NCBI GenBank assembly: GCA_028534125.1
Contig: CM052817.1
Location: 108,812,001-108,876,000 of the forward strand
DNA from: Lama glama
Lineage: Eukaryota
Reading direction: 5' to 3'
DNA: 64,000 nt
Shown here one piece after another: positions 13,751 through 26,234 of this stretch; within the stretch, counting starts at the first letter, position 1, and each line of letters starts with the position of its first letter. The notes under the pieces are model-generated. The model worked only from the letters and a program-made list of their open reading frames with translations. It was not told the DNA's origin and searched no databases. A program made the position numbers and the translations under genes.

Positions 13751-14379
13751 AAAATTTCTGTGGAGTTGACACCATTTATCAATAAACTGGCAGAGCAATA
13801 CCAAAGACTATAATTCAAATGCAAATGGAACATAGAAATTTGAATTATTAATGCAAAGTATTATCACCTTTTCCCCTTTGAATATATACACATGTATATT
13901 ACTCTCATTGCTTCTGCCTCCTGTGTTGTCACCTTGGGCTGACAACTGTGATACGATATTTAAGGACTAAAAAATGAATTTGCTTGCTGTGGGTCATAAA
14001 ATCATGTTCTGAGCTCTCATGGGGGTGTGGCAGTCAGTGACCTCATTATTCCATCCTGACTTTTAAAGCAAAACATGGGCACATTGAAGAACTCAAAGTC
14101 ACTCCCTAAGAGTTTGGAATGAAGCTGGGTGGTTCAGGAGGTCTTTGAGGGGAGGCATTTGTACTCAAATTTCAGATTAGAAAACTTTGGACTTCCATAG
14201 AAGACATATTCCAGGCGTTTCCCAACACTCAGTCAAATATTAATGAAAAGAAAAACAGAAACATAGAAGAATTAATTAGTTTATAGAGGTAGCTTCCTTT
14301 TGGGTTTTGTTCAACAGTTTTGAGCAACTTCCATCTGTCTCTGGACTGGACACTTGCTTTCCTCACAAAGACATCCTTT

Positions 14380-14558
14380 TTTTAACTTCTTTTTTGTTGA
14401 GTTATAGTCATTTTACAATGTTGTGTCAAATTCCAGTGTAGAGCACAATTTTTGCAGTTATACATGAACATACATAAATTCATTGTCACATTTTTTTCTC
14501 TGTGAGCTACCACAAGATCTTGTATAGATTTCCCTGTGCTACACAGTATAATCTTGTT
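14380..14558 (-). mobile_element. Short LINE-1 3' end
   Basis: Antisense of the 17430-17590 L1 tail; possible 7-bp TSD atccttt at 14373-14379 and 14559-14565. Confidence 0.88.
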
Positions 14559-14574
14559 ATCCTTTGAGTTGCCT

Positions 14575-14763
14575 GATTTTCTTAAATGGTGGAGCTGTTA
14601 GCATTTTGCGTGGAATGATTATTTGTGTTTGTCATATTGCAGGATATGTAGCATCCTTGGCTTTTGTCTCCTAAAAACCTACAGTCCCTTCCTTCGTTAC
14701 ACTGGCTGCCAAACACACCACTCATATCCTTACTGTAAGATGTGTTCCACTCAAAAACCACTA
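14575..14763. mobile_element. hAT-Charlie (MER20-like) DNA transposon relic
   Basis: 'catattgcaggatatgtagcatccttggc' core and degenerate terminal repeat 'aaaaaccact'. Confidence 0.5.
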
Positions 14764-15989
14764 TACTTGAACTTTACTCTAAGATAATTTAAGCATCACT
14801 TCAATAACTAGATAATTCAAGAGTCAAGAGAACATCATTCTGAAATCTGTTCCTGTCTGAGAGCTTTATTTGTTCACACCTAGTTCCTCCACCTCTTTTC
14901 TAGGCGAACAGCTCAACTGCTCTGTGGCAACATGGTTTCTAGAGTGATGACCTTTTCCTTGGAGACAAAAAGCTTCAAGTCCGCTTCCTGACAAAAGGCT
15001 TTTTTATTCTTCCTCTTGCAAAGCTGTCCTTTCCTACTTAACTGGCCACTATGTTCTGATTTCCTGTCTGAGGCAAGCCTTCTGTTCCCTGTGGATTTGC
15101 CAGGAACAGATGAGTAGCAGCCTTGAGTCATCAAGGAATTTCCAGTTGGGTTAGCAGATTTAACCACTTCCAAGATACCCTTTTATGAATCACTTAGATT
15201 TGTACTTTCCCCTCTCGAATCCTTCAGATGTTCCTTTGCAACCACATCCCCTCGGTTTTATAACAAAAACCCGCACCATACTTTCAGTGACGGTAGCAGA
15301 CCTCTCCTACCTACCTTGAGAATTGTTTTCTTACACTTGGTGCGCAAAGAGCAGGGATGTGTCTGAGAGCCGAGGGCAAGCTCCGCATACCCCGCTGTGA
15401 GACTGTGGGCTGCCCTTTAGTGTTTCTGCCTGTGTGTCTCTATTTTAAGTGAAGGTCATGGCCAGGGAGCCTTTCAAACATCCAGCAGAGCTGTGATTGG
15501 AGATTCAAGGCTCATAGAAGTTGAGTGGTTTTGGTCTTGCGAAGCTGAAAATGAGTGATATTTGTATTTTCAACTCTAGTGTGAGATCACATGTAGTTCT
15601 TCTGTAGTCACTGAGTTGTGATGAACAGTTTAAGGGACTTAAAAGAAGCCTTGTAGAAAACGCGCTAAGTAGCTTCTGGGCTGTCCTTCTAGAAGACTCT
15701 CTGGATTCTGATTCTTTTCCCAGTTTATGCTTTCCTAACCTATTTTGCTGTTTCCAAGCCCCACTGTCCATGCAAACCAGGTAAATCACTGAGTGGCTCC
15801 CAACCAAGCCTTTATGTGAACATAATTCAAGCTGAGTATGGTAATACGTTTCTAAATGAAATGATTCCTCAGGAGGACATAAAAATGAAAAGAGGAAAAT
15901 CAAATGCAAATTATTTGTATATTCAGTGTTTCAAATCACTACCTTCAAACTGAGCCGTATGAAAAGATAAAACTATTTTTTGTATATAT

Positions 15990-16090
15990 ATTTTTTTTAT
16001 TGAAGTATGGTCAGATTACGATGTTTTGTCAGTTTCTGGTGTACAGCATAATGCTTCAGTCATACCTAAACATACATGTATTATTTTTAA
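15990..16090 (-). mobile_element. Short LINE-1 3' end
   Basis: 'ttttttttattgaagtatggtcagattacgatgttttgtcagtttctggtgtacagc'. Confidence 0.85.
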
Positions 16091-16966
16091 TGAATGTTTT
16101 CAACTTATTTACATCCATATAGCTTAACATGTTATATCTAGTCTAGTATATATTTGAGGACATATTTTAAAAGTCAGTGAAGTGTAGCTATAGTAAATAA
16201 TGAACTGAAAATGCTTATGGCTGTAGGGGCCTATCTGGAAATAGATTCAAGGACATAGATTAAGTGACATACAAATTTAATGCTATTGTTGCAATCAGTC
16301 TACACTTTCCCTTGCTCCATGAGTCCATACTTTTTATGTTCTGTAAATAAGAGTTTTGATTCTGAAATGTTTCTGTTACAATTTCTTTTACTGAAAAATG
16401 CAAGAAAATGAAGAAGCCGAATTAAAGCAACATCCGCCCAGTCAAACATTCATATCTCTTGTAAGTGTCAGACACGACATAGGGGTCGGAGCTCTACAGG
16501 GTGAGAGCGTTTTAGGTCCTGAGTGACTGCAGCTCAGGAAGAGGAGGATACGGAATCACTTCCCAGCTCAAGCTCTGCCGTGGCCCCTCCTCTCACTCAG
16601 GATAAAACCAAAGCACTTAGAGCAGCTTCCAGGCACCGCACGCTCTGTCTGCATGGTGACCCCCGACCTCGTCCGCCTCTCCCAGGCACTCTGTCCAGCC
16701 CAGTCCCCATCTCCTTCTAATCCCTCCGCCTTGCTCCCACTTCAGGGCACCTGCACGGCCTGTCTGACGCTGCTTCCTCTGACTCGCTCATGTCCTGTAA
16801 GTATATGCTTAAATATTACCTTTCTGGTAAAACCTACCACTGTGTTTTTCAATGTAACCCATTCCATATCCCAGTCACTTCAAAACTCAACCATCCGGAT
16901 AACAGCTTACCTTGCTGTATTGTTTGCTGTTTTTCATGACATTTAATGGCTTTTAAATGTGTGATT

Positions 16967-17607
16967 CTCCTGGGCATATATCCAGAAGGAACCCAACTTC
17001 AAAAAGACACCTGCACCCCAGTGTTCGTAGCAGCACCATTTACAATAGCCAAGACATGGAAACACCTCAATGCCCATTGACAGATAACTGGATAAAGAAG
17101 ATGTGACATATTTATAAATGGAATATTATTCAGCCATAAAAAACAATAACATAACGCCATTTGCAGCAACATGGATGGACCTGGAGAATGTCATTCTAAG
17201 TGAAGTAAGCCAGGAAGAGAAAGAAAAATACCATATGAGATCGCTTATATGTGGAATCTTAAAAAAAAAAGAAAAGAAAAAGACAAATGAACATAAATAC
17301 AAAACAGAAACAGACTCACAGACATAGAATACAAACTTGTGGTTGCCAGTCGGGTGGAGAGTGGGAAGGGTCAGACTGGGAGTTCGAAATTTGTAGATAC
17401 TGACAGGTATATATAAAATAGATAAACAAGATTATACTGTATAGCACTGGGAAATATATACAAGATCTTGTGGTAGCTCACGGTGAAAAAGAATGTGGCA
17501 ATGAATATATGTATACTAATATATGACTGAAAACTTGTGCTCTACATTGAAATTGACACATTGTAAACTGACTATAACTCAATAAAATAATTTTTTTCTT
17601 AAAAAAA
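16967..17607 (+). mobile_element. Young LINE-1 3' fragment
   Basis: ORF 17118-17327 MEYYSAIKNNNITPFAATWMDLENVILSEVSQ is the L1 ORF2 C-terminus; 3' UTR with AATAAA at 17581; 9-bp TSD tgtgtgatt at 16958-16966 and 17648-17656. Confidence 0.96.
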
Positions 17608-17729
17608 GAGCATGAGCATCACAACAGGCTGACCATTAAAAAAATTCTGTGTGATTTACTTACGTATTTAATTTTCTGTATATCTATCCATATCCCCATA
17701 GAATGTAAACAGCAAAAAAGCAGACTGGT

Positions 17730-18052
17730 TGCTATGGTCTGACTGTTTGTGCCCCTCTAAGTGCACACACCGCCATCTCAGTGCCCAGTGTGGCGGTTTC
17801 AGCAGGCAGAGCTGCTGGGGAAGATTAGACCAGGGGCGGAGACGCCCTTGTGAAAGAGACCAAGGGAGCGCCCTCGTGCCGGCCACCAGGCGAGAACACA
17901 GTGAGAGGTGGGCGCTCTGCAACCCGGAAGGGGGCCTCGCCCAACCGTGCCCCCCCATCTCCGACTCCGTCTCCAGCACTGTGACAGATTTCTCCTGTTT
18001 ACCAGCTGCCCTGGGGGTGATTTTGTTATAGCAGCCTGAACGGGCTAAGACC
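17730..18052 (+). mobile_element. MLT1A-type MaLR solo LTR
   Basis: Starts 'tgctatggtctgactgtttgtgcccc' and ends 'ttttgttatagcagcctgaacgggctaagac', the diagnostic MLT1A termini. Confidence 0.88.
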
Positions 18053-18120
18053 GTTGTTCATTTGCTTTGTTCGTTAATGTGTCCCAATCACCTAAAACAA
18101 TGAGTAGCTCGCACTGAATA

Positions 18121-18210
18121 CAGTTCTCCCTTGAACAACACCGGGCTGCACTGTGCAGGTCTGCTCCTACGTGGGTGTCTCCAGCCACTGTGAGGTGCAG
18201 GGCTCAAATG
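18121..18210 (+). mobile_element. Internally deleted Tigger2/MER28-like element
   Basis: TA-cagttctcccttgaacaacac...gggctcaaatg-TA; TA duplication and degenerate terminal inverted repeats. Confidence 0.7.
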
Positions 18211-18294
18211 TACTCAGTAAATAGGAGAAGCATGATTAGGTGATGCTGGCAGTGATGGCGATGCTGACCATGATGAGTGATTACCCTGTCTTCT

Positions 18295-18500
18295 ACCCGG
18301 GGCTAAGAAACGTACTTCCATAATTGCCCCAAACTTCCCCCCAAATACTATGGCACCTGGATATTATGATTCTTATTTTGTCAATGAAAATTAAAACCCG
18401 TGACTTGAGAAGGTGAGGAATATGTCCCAAATTCCACAGCTGGTAAACCACCTGAGTGGGGTCCGTCATATTTCAAAGTCAGCGTTCTTACCCTATACAA
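18295..18500 (-). mobile_element. MIR SINE
   Basis: Core-like 'tattatgattcttattttgtcaatgaaaatt...gagaaggtgaggaatatgtcccaaattccacagctggtaaa'. Confidence 0.6.
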
Positions 18501-20055
18501 GGATATCGTCCCTAAAGTCATAATTCAGGGGAGTTAATTTTATACTTGCTTGGACCTCTAACCAATAAAAGAATTATGTTTATTTTATACAGTCAGTATC
18601 TTGAATACGCTATACTGCAGCGTGTGTCACGTCTTTTAACGAATCCATTTGATTTTTAAACACTGTTATTATTTATCTCCCTTCTATTCACTGTATAAAA
18701 CTAGGTGAATTAATTCTTACAGTTAGCCTGTGAAAGTCCATCAGCACCAATGCATCATTTGGACATGAAACATGTAAAGTGAAAACTTTTATGACCTTGT
18801 CTTGCCTGATAACACAAAATCACAAATAAAAGTTATGGGTCATGGTGGGAGTGATAGTGTCAAGGGCGGGAAAGTAATAAGAGCCTAAAGATTCCAAGTG
18901 GCGATGTTAAAAATAAAACACGCAAGAGGGACAATAGTTATTGTCAGCAAGGGGTGTATGTCATGAAGAGTGGAGGTAGAGATCAGGAAAAAGTGCATAA
19001 AGCTAAGCAGATGGGAACCGCCTCCATCTTCCATCAAGTGTGTTACCCCGGCCACTCAGCGCACCCATTCTCTTCAGTTTGCTCATTTCCAAGTTGGTGT
19101 AAAAATAGAGCCTGTCTCAAAGAGGTGTGTGGAGAATAAGGTGAGTTTATACATTTAAAATGGTTAGAATCTGAGCCTAGAGGCGTAAACGTTTTCTATG
19201 ACCAGCTGCGTGATCCTGATGCGCAGAAATACATCTCTTTTCTCTCCTGTGATGGACATCAGCTATTGCTGAATGATTGGACCTGCGACGTATCTGCTTA
19301 GAAGTAGGAAGATTCGAATTCCAGTCGCTTTAAGACTGTTCCCGTTCCTTCTTTTCCTTCTCGGGAGCATCTGGGCACAGGTGGAAACCGACAACGTCAC
19401 GACGGAGAAGGCAATAGCCTGTCGCCCGAGGTGCCCTCCAGGTCCTCTCCTGGCCCTTGGGCGCATGTTAGCATCCCTACAAACATCAGTGGTCTTACGA
19501 CGGCTAGGCTTTCCCGCACTCTGCCCGTCTCCATCTGGACCGCCAGCAGCTCACTATGTTGATCCTTGGAGCTCCAGGAATGACTGAGTTTCCATCATGA
19601 GCAGGAAATGGTGGAAGGGCATTAATCCAGGTGCTTTCTCTGCCTCATCAGACAACGTGACTGTTTCACACTAAGGGGGCCTCCACATGGGGTCACAGAG
19701 CCCACTGGGTTGTGACCTCCTCTCAAAGCTCCAAATGAGAAGCCGGGCACAGGGCGCCCCTGCACGCATATTTCCCCTCAATCTGTGGTTTTTATTGCCT
19801 CCTTCTGCCACTCTTGGCCAAAGCCTGGATAATGAAGACGCTGAGTCTTCTCTCAGGGAACCAGACAGCGTCTTCCTTGTTTCATTCCTTTAAAATCTGC
19901 CAGGAGTACTTTTCTCTTCTTACGTGGAAAGACCCTCCCTTACATTGTATTTCGCATTTTCCATGTCCTGTGGCTAATAATTAAAATCAACAATAAAAAA
20001 TTCTCAATGCACTCAGTCAGATTTAGATTTTGAAATTTCCTAATGTCTTTTCTGC

Positions 20056-20524
20056 TTTTTTTTTTAACTGAAGTATAGTCAGTTTACAATGTTGTGTCAA
20101 TCACTGGTGTACAGCGCAATAGTTCAGTCATACATATACATAAATATATTCCTTCTCATATCCTTTTGCATTATAGGTTACTACAAGATATTCAATATAG
20201 TTCCCTGTGCAATACAGTAGGACTTTGTTGTTTATCTATTTTATGGATAGTAGTCAGTATCTGCACATCTCTAACTCCCAATTTATCCTTTCCCACCTCT
20301 TTCCTCACTGGTAACCATAAGTTTGTTTTCTATCTCTGTGAGTCTCTTTCTGTTTTGTAAATAAGTTCATTTGTCTTTTTTTAAATTTCACATATACATG
20401 ATACCATATGGCATTTTTCTTTCTCCTTCTGGCTTACTTCACTTAGAATGACAATCTCCAGGTCCATCCATCTTGCTGTAAGTGGCATTATTTCATTCTT
20501 TTTCATGGCTAAGTAGTATTCCAT

Positions 20525-20594
<70 letters not shown>

Positions 20595-20628
20595 ATATAT
20601 AATATATATATATACCTCAACTTCTGCA
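20056..20628 (-). mobile_element. Young LINE-1 3' fragment containing a compound microsatellite
   Basis: Minus ORF 20381-20629 ends MEYYLAMKKNEIMPLTARWMDLEIVILSEVSQKEKEK; poly-T tail at 20056. Confidence 0.95.
20529..20614. repeat. (TA)n(TG)n(TA)n compound microsatellite
   Basis: Directly visible. Confidence 0.95.
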
Positions 20629-21002
20629 TATAAGTCCCGGGTTGAGCATTGACCTGTCTGTTCAGTCTTAATTGTAGAAAGTGCTAAGTGATAGGGATTC
20701 TTGGGAGTTGAAAATACTGTAGATATTAATTAACAGATGATTTAACACTTTGCAAGAATAAGAAAAGTGAAGTCAACTTACATTTGCTAAGTGCCTATTA
20801 CTATTTCTCAAAGAGTTAAAAGTTACCATGGAATGTTCAACTTTTCAAAAAAGTTATAAAGTGAGATAAAAATAGCTTTGTTTTTATGCTCAGTACAGTT
20901 TTGATTCTATGTAAATAACTATTCTAGGCAGGATGGGATCCTGGTTCTGGTCCCAAGGCTCCTGCTACCACCCCCAACAACGCCTTGTGACACGTTTACA
21001 AT

Positions 21003-21034
21003 CACATGTCACATGTCACATGTCACATGTCACA
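21003..21034. repeat. Heptamer tandem repeat (CACATGT)4.5
   Basis: cacatgt x4 + caca, perfect. Confidence 0.95.
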
Positions 21035-21512
21035 GCCTCTATTCCAGCAAGAGCTTCTCATTGGCTGTTTGTCTCCCTGTGGTCTTTGCTGTGAATTATT
21101 AAGTCAAAATACCCAGAAAGGGCATTCATTTGCTCCTTCTTTCCCCAATTATTTAATTTATTGAATACTATAATTCCCAATTATTTGATACTATCCCTTT
21201 TAAAGCTTTAACTTTTCTCACCTTTCTATATATTGAACTTCCTTATGCTATACAGATTATACAACTTAGCCTTTATCTGTATCTTTCAGATCTGGTAATC
21301 TAGACCCATGTTACCTTTATAAAGGGACACATCTAGTAATCAGAAAAAAACTTTGTTATTCAAAAAACTAATTCAGTACTGTTTGTCAAAATCATTCAAC
21401 TTTCCCCTGATGTTAATTTTCTTTTCTTACTTCCTAGAATTGATAGGTGTGCTATGAAACCCCAATCCTGCAATTAAAAATATAATAACCTAGTGTTAAA
21501 ATGCGTAATACT

Positions 21513-21669
21513 GGGGGAGGGTATAGCTCAAGTGGTAAAGTGCAGGCTTAGCATGCATGAGGTCCTGGGTTCAATCCCCAGTACCTCCATTAAAAAGAAA
21601 ACTAATAATAAATAAATAAACCTAATGAACTCCCCCCAAAATAAAACAAAAAAAATTAAAATTAAAAAA
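21513..21669 (+). mobile_element. tRNA-Ala-derived SINE (camelid vic-1 type)
   Basis: ggggagggtatagctcaagtggta...cttagcatgcatgaggtcctgggttcaatccccagtacctcca with Pol III A and B boxes, then aaataaataaaccta...cccc and an A-rich tail. Confidence 0.93.
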
Positions 21670-24039
21670 GATGTATAAGACCTATATAGAAGTCCAAATA
21701 TTATTTACTATAAAATATGCCTGTTAGAAGGTATATATTCTTGTCCTGTTACATCAGATTATTTCCTCATTTAACACAGTCAAAATGCTGTGAAAATTCT
21801 ATATCCATCTCCACTGGAAGACAGGACATCCTTTCAGGCACAGAGCAGATTTTATTAATCTTACACATTCCCACATGTAGCACCTAGCAAATAGTGGGTA
21901 CTCAAAAAATGTATCTCATAGTGATTAAATAATACACCTATAATAGAAATAGCTCTTTATTCACCAGAATTAAACAGCTGAATAAGAAAGGAGTTACTTG
22001 ACCATGACTTTAGAAATACCTAATTACTTGCCTTTGGTCAAATTGATAAGCAAAAACATATGGTATTCATACAGCTATAATTTAGTCTGAAATACTACAG
22101 ACATTGATGAAAACATGTAAAACTGATATATCTCAGTTATGAAAATATGAATTAGGATTGTGTCAACTGAGAAAAAACAATTCAAATTCTCACCATCAAG
22201 AATATTTAAGTACTTCATCCATATTTTAATTATCCTTAAGTTATGTTACAGCAAAACATATAGACAGATTGCTATTTAAAACCAAAATTAAACCACAATC
22301 AAGGTGTGAAAAAAAAAACCCTAAAAATTGTAAACAGAGCTTCCTGCCCTGAAGTTACTCTGTTGTTCCATATTCCTTATTGGAAATTGACTGTCCATCA
22401 ATAACTCCGTCACAAGCCGACCTGTTCATTGGCTGACATCTTTCCGGGCTCTTCCACCCAAACACGATGGCCTTCTGATGCCCTGCTTCACTCCTTTGCT
22501 GCAAAAATGGCAGGAGACCAGCTGTTCGTAACACACGGACTTTACCTTTAGGGCCAAACCCTACTCCAAATTCTACTACCCCATTAACAAAACCAACTCC
22601 GTACGTTTTGGGGAAATTTCCTTTTGAAAAGGTGCTTTTCCACATACTCTATTTTTAATCTGATTCTCAGAACATACGTAATGGTGAGGGTGAGAATTTT
22701 TAATCCTAAATTATAGGGTTTCTTTTAAAGGCTGTTCCTCAGAGTCATTAAATTATTTTGGTTTAGAAAACCAGAAAAATATGAGGAATCATTAATGAAG
22801 CCCACCCCTTTTCTCTCCACCACTCAGACCAGAAATGGAAGTTCAGGGATGATTGGACACAATTCTCCTATTCACAGTCTAAATTCAGGGATGCAGCTTA
22901 GGAAAGCGATGCTAAAGGTTGTACTGCCTAAAAGCTGCACAAGAATAACACTGTAAAGCTGGTGTAATAAATGTTCTTGCTGAATTATGGCTCAAATGTG
23001 GGGTTTTCACCTGCAATTATCCTAAATCCTGGCACCTCAAGCATGTTCCTTTTTTTCCTTTGTAATATTTTACTCACGGATCCCAGTTGAGCTGGAATTT
23101 TAAAAGGCTCAAAGCTATCCTTGCCTTGACACAAAACTTTGGGGTTTTGTTATGACTGTAACAAGTGATGTTTTTATAATCCTCTGTTTCAGAGCTGAAC
23201 TGTGAGAAGTACCTTTCGATATTCGGTGATATGATTATTTGCTTTCTTTTTCTGACAGATGATCTTGGCACTTGAGAGTGTTTTTTCAAAGAACGTAGCA
23301 ATGATACACCCTCCCAGAGTCTGGCTGCTGATTTAGAACAAAGAGGCTGGATAGTCTCTGGGTAATTCAGTAGTTTCTCAATTTTAAGTGTGTTTAGTTA
23401 GATTTTCATTCTTAGATAATTAGCTCTAACTATGAAAATGTTTTATTAATATGTGACCTTAACAAAGAAAAAGGCAGGCACTATAAACAATCTTGCGTGA
23501 GTCTAGTCGAAAAGTTGAATTGGCCAAAGCAGTGATTTCTAACTTAGAAGATGCACCTATAATGTGAAAAGAAAACAAAAGTTGGGTACCACAACTCTGT
23601 GGTGCTCTAAGAACCTAGTTTCTTCACTTTACGCCACATGACTTTATTTTTCCAGATAATTAATGTTACTTGGCTATCATTTTTATTTACTATCATTTTT
23701 ATCATCCTATTTATTTAACAAAAGAATTATGATAAACTGCCTTCATTCAGTGAGTTTTAGGGCCATTTTCCTTGGGGGAAAAAGTGAGAAGTGGATTGTG
23801 CCTTGAAAAAATATAGGACTGATTATGTATGCATATATTTTGTGAAAATGTTTAATTGCAGTTTAAGTTATTTCTTAGTTGACCTAACCTTGAATCTCAG
23901 ATGTCTCCAACTAATGTAAGATAAAAATTGAAAATTATAGTAAAATATAAATGAATTTATCTCAAATAATATTAATAACTTCAAATAAACTTAGCACATT
24001 GCATATAGAAATTCATTTATGCATTTATACATCCTTGTT

Positions 24040-24190
24040 CATTAGGGGCCCCATTGCACAAAGGAGGAAGCCGAGGCTTGAAGAGGTGAAACAGGTAGCT
24101 TGAATTCCTCCAGTTAGTGAATTCCTGGGCTAACATCTGAACCCAGTTACGACTAAAACAGAAAACCATGATGGGAACCACTTACTGTAT
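24040..24190 (-). mobile_element. MIR SINE
   Basis: 'ccccattgcacaaaggaggaagccgaggcttgaagaggtgaa...tctgaacccag' MIR core. Confidence 0.7.
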
Positions 24191-26234
24191 GGCTGATGAA
24201 TTATAATATGCAGATCATATATATGTATGGATTGTTTAAAAAAAGTACACTGAAGGACACTGGATACAACTATGTCATAAATCGTCCATATAACTTTGGC
24301 TATACTGAATACTGAGATTCAATGTCTTCATCCCTAAAATGAAAATAGTACTTAGCCAAATTCAATGAAAACTACATTTTAGAGGGTATAAATATCGCGC
24401 CAAATTAATCATTACCATTCTTAGGATGGTAAGCATTCAAAACAATAACTGGAAGCAAAAATGGTTTGCACATGTGAGCATCTTAGCAGCTCCAAGTTTC
24501 AAAACTCTGTGGGGACTTTCCTGTCAATACCACCGCCACGTATGAGTTACTGCAAGTTGCAATTATGGGACCACAAAAGCCCCAAAACCCATGAACCTGA
24601 GAAATTCCTGTCAGATATAACAGGAACAGACTTGAATTCTAGTAAAAGAATAACAAACATGATGTTCTTCAGTTGACGAGAAAACACTCACTTTTTAAAA
24701 ACAGCCTGGATTGTCTGCGCTGGCTTGATCAGTTTCTGTTTTAGCTGATTTTCCAATTAGATTGAAATAAAAGCAATTATATCTAACTTATCAGTAGAAG
24801 ACAAATAAATCATTCCCGGTGTGGCAAAATCTATGCAGTCCTTGGACCTGATGGGCAGGGTGGTGGTGTATGCAGTCCAGCCTTGGTTCTCAGAATCTCA
24901 CCACCTTCTGGTATACTTTTACTGCAGCTCCACCTAGGAGTGGACGCTGAGTTATATGTAGGAAGTTGACTACTTTTACTGGACACCACTGACAATTTGT
25001 AATATGAATGTACCAAATTAACTTAGCAGCAGCTGGAAAGAATTCTTATTGCTTAACTTGAAACACTTAAAAATATTTGGTAGTTAAAAAATGGTCCTTT
25101 CTCTGTAGTCATTTGGGGGTTTGTGTTAGAGGGTTTGTGTGAGAGGTTTGGGTTTTCTTGCTGATTAAGATTTTTCTAATATTTTTTGGCCATTTGTTAT
25201 CCTCTTCAATAACTGTCTGTGGAGTTCTTAGCCCATTTTTCTATTGCATTGTTTGATTATCATTGATCTGTAAATATTATTTACATACCTTTGATATGAA
25301 TCAAAAGTCAAATGCATGTGAGGCAAAATACAGTCTCAGAGTCTGTTAATATGCCAGATGGTATTTTCCTTCCTCCATGCTCTTAAATAATCTGTTTTAG
25401 TTGTACAGCTCTTCAATTTAGCATTAGAATTTCCCAAAAAGAAAAAAAAATCACCTGCCTTTGAGAAATCTAGAAGGAGAAATTAGGCATGTATATGTAT
25501 TACATTCCAGTAATACAGTAGTTAGTAACAGGAGAACACGCCTTAATGTAGGCGTATGTCTGTATACGAAGCTCTGGGAGTGCATATTTCAGCTGTGAAA
25601 TTACCTGTGTTCACACGTAGTTTACCTTTGAGTAAATTACATGGGTTGATCTCTGAGTCAAACTGAATAGTTAGACCCAGACATCCTAACTTCTGAATCA
25701 CAGTCATGCAGAGGTATTGTCTCTGCCTCTTTTATCTCTTCGTGTTCTTGCTTTCTGGTGTTGGTGACAAGAGTGCTCGTCTGAGAATGCTTGTTTAAAC
25801 CAAGATGTTGGTTTGTCTTTATCCTGCAGTATGTGAACCACGTGACTGAGCCAGGTCTACCCAGCACTGGCCAATATGCAAACTCGAGTTAAAGCTGCAA
25901 TGTCCAGGTCATTATAGATGATGGATGGATAAATAGATAGACAGACTGATAAACGTTTTAAACCTGCATTTTCTCTTCACATCAATTTAATGTGATCCAA
26001 GAAACACAGAGTCAGTCCAACATGCAAAATTTAAGACTTTTATCCTTATTATTACATGTAAGTAGAAAGTTTGTGTTTAGATTACATGAAGGATGTGTCC
26101 TTCCTTTACATGGATAAATTCAAAATAATTTTAGTTATTAGATAATACTATTACAGAAAGAAATTCCAGCTAGCATACTTAGCCCTTATTTTCAGAAGGT
26201 GATACATAGAGTTTCCATTCAGAATTGCCTGGTT

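Larger units (their letters stand above)
16555..18222 (+). mobile_element. L2 3' fragment split by later L1, MLT1A and Tigger insertions
   Basis: L2-like text at 16555-16966 ('tcactcaggataaaaccaaag'), resuming at 17657-17729 ('tagaatgtaaac'), 18053-18120 and 'ctcagtaaata' at 18213. Confidence 0.7.

Noticed and set aside
21513..21589. tRNA-Ala(AGC) gene (also 50588, 51264, 62279)
   Set aside because: Stem mismatches, a shared non-tRNA 3' segment, A-rich tails and TSDs on some copies identify these as SINEs.
23072..23301. Possible minus-strand exon ending at a GTGAGT donor (23078)
   Set aside because: Isolated donor with no partner exon, convincing acceptor or recognisable peptide.
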